A stretch of DNA of 63,945 nucleotides, counting the filler, from Parachlamydiales bacterium (GTDB lineage: Bacteria; Chlamydiota; Chlamydiia; Chlamydiales; Parachlamydiaceae): NCBI GenBank assembly GCA_020051075.1. It is 4 parts of 4 records of this genome, joined end to end, with 100 filler letters (N's around TTAATTAATTAA, not from the genome) between each part and the next. Parts side by side here need not be neighbours in the genome. Positions count along the whole stretch, not along the records: positions 52,371 to 61,240 come from JAGVJP010000021.1; positions 61,341 to 63,945 come from JAGVJP010000068.1; 2 more parts are not named here. One strand, written 5' to 3'. The position numbers and the translations under genes are program-made. This document shows positions 59,406 to 63,945 of the stretch, piece by piece (the stretch's first letter is position 1; each line of letters opens with the position of its first letter). The notes under the pieces were generated by a model that had not been told where the DNA came from, did not search any database, and was given only the letters and a program-made list of their open reading frames with translations.

Positions 59406-60205
59406 TATTCGCCTCCTTTAAACCATTTATCTTCCAGGTGCTTAAGCTCTCCTGAAGTCTTGAGTTCCTGAATGATTTGTTGAACAAGTTGAAACAGCTC
59501 TTGATTTTCTTTTTTAATCCCGATGCCAAAACCCAACGTCGCATCTTCCTCGGAGAGGGGAACATCTAAAACATGAATTTCGGAATGCTTCTTCTTGAGA
59601 TATTTTGCGACATCTGGTGCGACTAAATTCGCAACAGATTTTCCAAATTTGACATCCATCAATGGAGCTAGAGCACCTTGCAGAGACTTAGTTTGGATAT
59701 CTTGGTATCGACTCATATACAATTCTGGAATGGCTCCCGCTTCAACGCTGACGGTCGGGTTGGGGAGCTTGGCAACGTCTTCAAGGGAATGGACCCCTTG
59801 TGGGATTTCATTCCAAAAAATAAGGCTTAAAGTTGTGACGGCTTCTCCATGATAGGGAACCATTAAAATCTCTTTAAGTCTGCTGTGAGTGATCTCCATG
59901 CCACTCATGATCAGGTCAATTTTGCCTTGTTTGAGCGAAAGAATTTGCCCTTCAAATTCCATGTTGTTGATGACAAGTGTCTTCCCAAGCTTTTCAGCAA
60001 TTCGTGCGGCGACATCGATATCAAATCCGACGATTTTTCCATGGGCATCCATAAATTCAAACGGTGGATACTCACTTTGCAGGCCAACGACTAAGGTTTC
60101 ATGAGAAGGCTTTTCATGTTCTTGAAAAACTGTCATCCCTATGAACCCAAGAACTGCAGCAGTAGTGAGTAGTGCAATAAAATATTTACTTAACAATGCG
60201 GACAT
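59405..60205 (-). CDS. Polar amino acid-binding protein (ArtJ-like)
   Basis: N-terminal anchor, YPPFEF, VGFDID, GKIDLIMSGM.IT..R, KW end. Confidence 0.9.
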   Translation of the reverse strand: MSALLSKYFIALLTTAAVLGFIGMTVFQEHEKPSHETLVVGLQSEYPPFEFMDAHGKIVGFDIDVAARIAEKLGKTLVINNMEFEGQILSLKQGKIDLIMSGMEITHSRLKEILMVPYHGEAVTTLSLIFWNEIPQGVHSLEDVAKLPNPTVSVEAGAIPELYMSRYQDIQTKSLQGALAPLMDVKFGKSVANLVAPDVAKYLKKKHSEIHVLDVPLSEEDATLGFGIGIKKENQELFQLVQQIIQELKTSGELKHLEDKWFKGGE

Positions 60206-60402
60206 AAAAACTCCTAAAAAGGTTTGGACGCAAGGAATCGAGATCCTAAAACGTCTGTTGAAATGATTTGACTAGCAAAATAAGTTTTCAAAACGAGATG
60301 AAAAATGATTTATAGAGCAATAAATTCACGTTTAACAAAAACGATGAACTAAGCTCGTTAGCTAGTTACAGGTAAAAATAAAAAATGAAAAAAAAGGGTG
60401 GC

Positions 60403-60528
60403 TTAACGCCGACGGCGGAAAGAACGACGAAAAGAAGAATTGAACGAAGAAAGATAAGATGCAGAAGAGCTGCTCTTATTGGTATGTATCGGCTCTATCA
60501 TAGAGCTTGGACAGGGTGTAAAGTCCAT
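60403..60528 (-). CDS. Putative Arg-rich leader peptide of the arginine operon (41 aa)
   Basis: MDFTPCPSSMIEPIHTNKSSSSASYLSSFNSSFRRSFRRRR*; AGTAGGT SD-like; same strand as and 197 nt upstream of the operon. Confidence 0.75.
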   Translation of the reverse strand: MDFTPCPSSMIEPIHTNKSSSSASYLSSFNSSFRRSFRRRR

Positions 60529-60572
60529 AGTCGCAACCTACTTGGTTAATGCTAGTTAATAGAACATCACTA

Positions 60573-60602
60573 ATTATATATTATAATATTCATTTCACTC
60601 AA
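60573..60602 (-). promoter_or_regulatory. Candidate promoter for leader plus arginine operon
   Basis: TTGAGT-18-TATAAT on minus strand, about 45 nt before the leader ATG. Confidence 0.5.
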
Positions 60603-60645
60603 GAAAAAAATTGGATCACTCTTACACGTTCTCTTCGATTCCCTT

Positions 60646-60975
60646 CTAACTTCCCAAAAACCATGCAAGATCAAAAAGCAATTGATGAATCTTGACTACA
60701 GCTATGTATGTCATGATGGGGATGAGGTTGCTGCAATACATAAGAGTAATTTTCTCATAATAATAACTAATCCAAATACATAATACCGCTATAAGACACG
60801 AAAGTGGAATCAAAAATCTTAAAAAAATGATTACATACCCTATAAAGACTGGTGGATAAAAAAAATATATGTTGAGAGCTTCAATGAGATGAGTAGGAAA
60901 TAGATATCCAAGCCAGATGACTGTAAAAATGAAGGCAATGCTAAAAGTAATCACTGTTTTTAAGAGGAATGGCAT
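60646..60975 (-). CDS. Small hypothetical membrane protein
   Basis: 109 aa, 3-4 hydrophobic segments. Confidence 0.5.
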   Translation of the reverse strand: MPFLLKTVITFSIAFIFTVIWLGYLFPTHLIEALNIYFFYPPVFIGYVIIFLRFLIPLSCLIAVLCIWISYYYEKITLMYCSNLIPIMTYIAVVKIHQLLFDLAWFLGS

Positions 60976-61132
60976 AATCTTCTTCCTGTTTTAACGGTTA
61001 ATTCGGGCAAGTCATCAAAGAGATCAATAGTTGTCCAAAATTCGTTTTCAGATTTTGACTCTCCTTCAAATTTATCACAATATGTGATTGTCGGCAATCC
61101 CAGAACCATTTCCCAACCATCCTCCCGCTTGA

Positions 61133-61237
61133 GCTTAGCTATCGCCCCCAACCAACTTTTATAAGCGCACAGGTTCTGATCAACATCCTTTGGCGGAAAA
61201 GCGAAAGGGGGCTTTCGCACTCCAAACGCTTCGCGTA
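61133..61237. repeat. ~105-bp dispersed repeat at contig end
   Basis: Highly similar to 52051-52155. Confidence 0.85.
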
Positions 61238-61240
61238 TCC

Positions 61241-61340
61241 NNNNNNNNNNNNNNNNNNNNNNNNNNNNNNNNNNNNNNNNNNNNTTAATTAATTAANNNN
61301 NNNNNNNNNNNNNNNNNNNNNNNNNNNNNNNNNNNNNNNN
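61241..61340. other. Artificial contig linker
   Basis: N run with TTAATTAATTAA. Confidence 0.99.
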
Positions 61341-61341
61341 T

Positions 61342-61854
61342 GGAAACAGGGGTGGGGCCCTTCGCAAACCTGCCTGTCAATTTATTCTGGCACACAACCG
61401 ATCGAATGGCCATTTGACCTACATTCCCCTCGATATCGTGGACGCCGAGGCGACTCTACTCAGAATGGAAAAAGCAGCAACTCCAGACAGTCGTTTGGAC
61501 TTCCACCTCTTTTCTGGCGACACCCTCATCGCCTTCGATGGAGCAGGCACTCCATGCGTCATAAAAAATTCGCTTGTCGGCATCATCCAAAAAATCTATC
61601 GAGGAGAGTCGTCCCTCACTGCTCAAGAACTCGACCAGCTTCATTTATATTTCTCGCGTCGTCCTGATGAGAAAGCTGCGTTCGTCCACTTCCTCGAAGA
61701 GGTGCGTCGTGCATGGCCTCAAACGGCCAAAGTGTTGAATCAGATCACAGCAACGCCAATACAGCCAATACAAGCTGCAAGCTCATCCGGAGCCAGCTCC
61801 TCTTCTTCAAGTTGGTCAGGGGCCAGCTCATCCTCTTCAAGATTGATAGGATAG
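61342..61854 (+). CDS. 5'-truncated hypothetical protein with Ser-rich tail
   Basis: Frame open from contig start; ends ASSSGASSSSSSWSGASSSSSRLIG. Confidence 0.55.
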   Translation, partial: GNRGGALRKPACQFILAHNRSNGHLTYIPLDIVDAEATLLRMEKAATPDSRLDFHLFSGDTLIAFDGAGTPCVIKNSLVGIIQKIYRGESSLTAQELDQLHLYFSRRPDEKAAFVHFLEEVRRAWPQTAKVLNQITATPIQPIQAASSSGASSSSSSWSGASSSSSRLIG

Positions 61855-61972
61855 GCAAAATTGCAACTTTCCAGCATAGAATAACAGGATAGGCAAGATC
61901 GCTTCGCGGCAGGATCCTGTTTTTCTATGTTGAGAAGTTGTGATCTTGCCTACCCTGTTCCTGTCCTTTCGG
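61846..61972. repeat. Degenerate CAGGAT-family repeat
   Basis: AACAGGATAGGCAAGATCGCTTCGCGGCAGGAT / GATCTTGCCTACCCTGTT. Confidence 0.7.
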
Positions 61973-61984
61973 ATGTTGCAAATA

Positions 61985-62860
61985 TTAGGTTTGTCCAACA
62001 AAATAGCGGAACATCTCTTTCGACCAATCTGCAATTTGTGCTGCGTCAGCCACAAAGGGTCTAAGATCTGCAAGCGCGCTCTCTAGATCAAGAGAATCGA
62101 TTTTATCGAACATCAGTTGCTCAAATTGTGCACGAGTGATGGGATCTTTCCCCTTCAAAAATCCTGAAGCTCTTAAGTGAATAGAAAATCTCTCAAGATC
62201 TAATTTTACCCCTTGTCGAATCAGCCATAACCAGTCGTACCAGTCTCGCCCTTTCACCCGTCCTTTCCATTCACGAAATAGAACTGCGTGCATTTTTCCA
62301 GCAAAAATATCTTCTAGGATGACAGTTTTAATCCCGAGATTGATCGGTGTGTTAAGAAAACGCACTTCAGTGCGGTAAGCTGGAGGTGGGTCGGTATCTA
62401 TTTCGAATTTAATTTTCAATTTAGTTTGTGGATGAAAACCTTTGACAAGATGCGGGGGTATTCCAATTTTCAAAAGTTCGCCAAAAGTATTTGTTTTGAT
62501 GAAGGCGGATTGGATAGGTGTTTGCCAAACTTTCACCCCCGTTTCAATCTCAACATTGAAACCATAGGCTTCCAATTCACTACGAATCGCAGTGTTAAAA
62601 AGGCTTAATGAAAAATCGTCATTTGGCTTTAGTAGAGTGAAATCTAAATCCTCAGAAAATCGATCTAGTCCATAGAGGATACGTAACGCTGTTCCACCAT
62701 AAAAAGCTGCATGCTCAAAAAAACGTGCACGCCATAAACCTACTAAGGCTAACTCTTGCAAAATTTCCTTAAGAGCCCGCTCATATTGTGGGCGAGTTTG
62801 ACATGAATATCGCTCAAGCATGCGTTGAATAGCCTGATTCATTTGTGACTCCTTAACCAA
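61985..62860 (-). CDS. abiEii: AbiEii nucleotidyltransferase toxin (type IV TA)
   Basis: FYGGTALR, RFSEDLDF, KFEID, GKMHA, KGRDWYD. Confidence 0.9.
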   Translation of the reverse strand: MVKESQMNQAIQRMLERYSCQTRPQYERALKEILQELALVGLWRARFFEHAAFYGGTALRILYGLDRFSEDLDFTLLKPNDDFSLSLFNTAIRSELEAYGFNVEIETGVKVWQTPIQSAFIKTNTFGELLKIGIPPHLVKGFHPQTKLKIKFEIDTDPPPAYRTEVRFLNTPINLGIKTVILEDIFAGKMHAVLFREWKGRVKGRDWYDWLWLIRQGVKLDLERFSIHLRASGFLKGKDPITRAQFEQLMFDKIDSLDLESALADLRPFVADAAQIADWSKEMFRYFVGQT

Positions 62861-63468
62861 TTGATGATGAGGGATAAGACAGGGCTGCCACCTACCCTTA
62901 CAATGTCGGATAAAACTCCAATACGAAATTTTTTTACTGCCTCCCGATCTAGACGCAAGTCGTCAAACAGAAGGGCTTCCAAATCGGAAAGAGTTTTAAT
63001 TTTTATTTTACGAATATATAACAAATCAGCTAAAGCCTTTTCGGGCGTGGCTATCAGTGCTGATTGATGATCAACAACTTCTAACAAGTTGAATCCAGTT
63101 GAAAAAAGGGGGGAAGGGAGCGGGGTATACGAAAAACGCCCCATAGGAGTCTCGTAATATTTATATCTTTTTGTTGTCACATTTGTGACTTCAACCACAT
63201 GTTCGGGAATTAAACCGTAGAAAGCTAGCGCATATTCACAGGACACATAAGAGGGTCCATAGATTTGGTTGGCTAGGATCTCGAGACTCAGCATAGAACG
63301 TCTCTGTTTGGGTCCGAAAACATAAAGTCCTTTTTTAATTCGGATTAACTCTCCAGAGCGCAGCAAATGTGTCACCTTCGAACGAGGGGATTGATATTCA
63401 GAGAGGCAATCCATGAGAAAGGAATAGTCAAACGATTCTCCCTGAGCTCTATCACGCAAAATATTCAT
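62839..63468 (-). CDS. abiEi: AbiEi antitoxin
   Basis: LIRIKKGLY, PSYVS.EYAL..YGLIPE, ATPEKALADL; GGAG SD before ATG 63468. Confidence 0.88.
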   Translation of the reverse strand: MNILRDRAQGESFDYSFLMDCLSEYQSPRSKVTHLLRSGELIRIKKGLYVFGPKQRRSMLSLEILANQIYGPSYVSCEYALAFYGLIPEHVVEVTNVTTKRYKYYETPMGRFSYTPLPSPLFSTGFNLLEVVDHQSALIATPEKALADLLYIRKIKIKTLSDLEALLFDDLRLDREAVKKFRIGVLSDIVRVGGSPVLSLIINWLRSHK

Positions 63469-63481
63469 AAGAATTTTCTCC

Positions 63482-63561
63482 AGTATGTACGATATTTTTA
63501 TACATACTAGCAATATTTTAAACAATAAAAACCGCCAGTATGTATGAAAATATCGTACATA
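63482..63561 (-). promoter_or_regulatory. abiE promoter with two operator repeats
   Basis: AGTATGTACGATATTTTTATACATACT (63482-63508) and its near reverse complement (63537-63561); TTGTTT-17-TATAAA overlaps the first. Confidence 0.75.
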
Positions 63562-63593
63562 GCAGCAAATCTATGTTCAAAGTCCGTTAAGGT

Positions 63594-63800
63594 ATCACGC
63601 ATCAATTACAGTTTCAGTCCTTCGGACTGTTTTTTGCTATAACCCGAAGGGCTCAAAACTGCAACAGCCCAGGGCAGGGCAACGCCCTGGGTATGCTCAG
63701 AATGAATATTGCAGCCTTACAGGCTGCAAGATGGGAAGGGCGTAGCCTGATGCGTATGGGGCATGATCTTGCCGCTTGCGATCTTGCCTACCCTGTTTTT
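63594..63800. repeat. Composite repeat cluster: REP-like hairpins inside IS-end-like motifs, followed by a CAGGAT unit
   Basis: CAGTCC-TTC-GGACTG, CCCAGGGC...GCCCTGGG, TGCAGCCT-TAC-AGGCTGCA, bounded by ACGCATCA / TGATGCGT. Confidence 0.6.
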
Positions 63801-63945
63801 ATATTTTCTGCACGGTAGATTGTCGTCGTCGAAAAGCTGTTCTGCGCGTTTTAGAGATGAGAGGAATTTTTTTGTGTTTTTGGGCAGCTTCCCACAAATG
63901 TATGTCTGTCTGCAGCCCCATCCAAAACTCTGGTGACGTTCCCAA

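Noticed and set aside
60303..60330. ARG box upstream of the arginine operon
   Set aside because: Best match TGATTTATAGAGCA has three mismatches to TGMATWWWWATKCA in very AT-rich DNA, with no clear tandem box; not supportable.
60390..60418. Classical intrinsic terminator after the Arg leader
   Set aside because: A U-run is present but stems are only 3-4 bp (GGC/GCC, CGCC/GGCG); the termination mechanism is left open.
60960..61220. 86-aa ORF, possible toxin paired with the small membrane protein
   Set aside because: Its first third is the dispersed repeat read through; no recognisable motif.
21890..61340. TTAATTAATTAA palindromes inside N runs, and any gene neighbourhood across them
   Set aside because: Identical 100-nt artificial linkers; adjacency across them has no biological meaning.

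Overview
Draft-assembly window made of four contig pieces joined by artificial 100-nt N/TTAATTAATTAA linkers (21890-21989, 52271-52370, 61241-61340). Gene content (large-insert OppB/OppC, lpdA-lipA-hypothetical, DUF2608, Inc-like bilobed proteins, Ser-rich effector-like ORFs) points to an environmental member of the Chlamydiae; this is an inference. Piece 1 (1-21889) is an accessory block rich in resistance/detox-type families (TipA-like MerR, ABC-F, GNATs, APH, pentapeptide, ABC, MFS, methyltransferases, HigBA-like TA, NfeD-flotillin), bracketed by two IS200/IS605 left ends. Piece 2 is mostly core genes (opp, lpdA, lipA, argS, rsgA, cca, mutL, pepP, a sensor kinase) plus two TA pairs, three Inc-like paralogs, a putative CE-clan protease effector and many palindromic intergenic repeats. 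Piece 3 has a second ABC-F and an amino-acid-ABC/argG/argG/argH operon. Piece 4 has an AbiE TA pair. The best hidden signals, absent from the ORF track, are (i) a 41-codon leader peptide ending RRSFRRRR upstream of the arginine operon, (ii) a conserved 3-codon uORF plus RBS-sequestering hairpin ahead of both ABC-F paralogs, and (iii) a divergent second ArgG. All family calls come from motif recognition without database searches.
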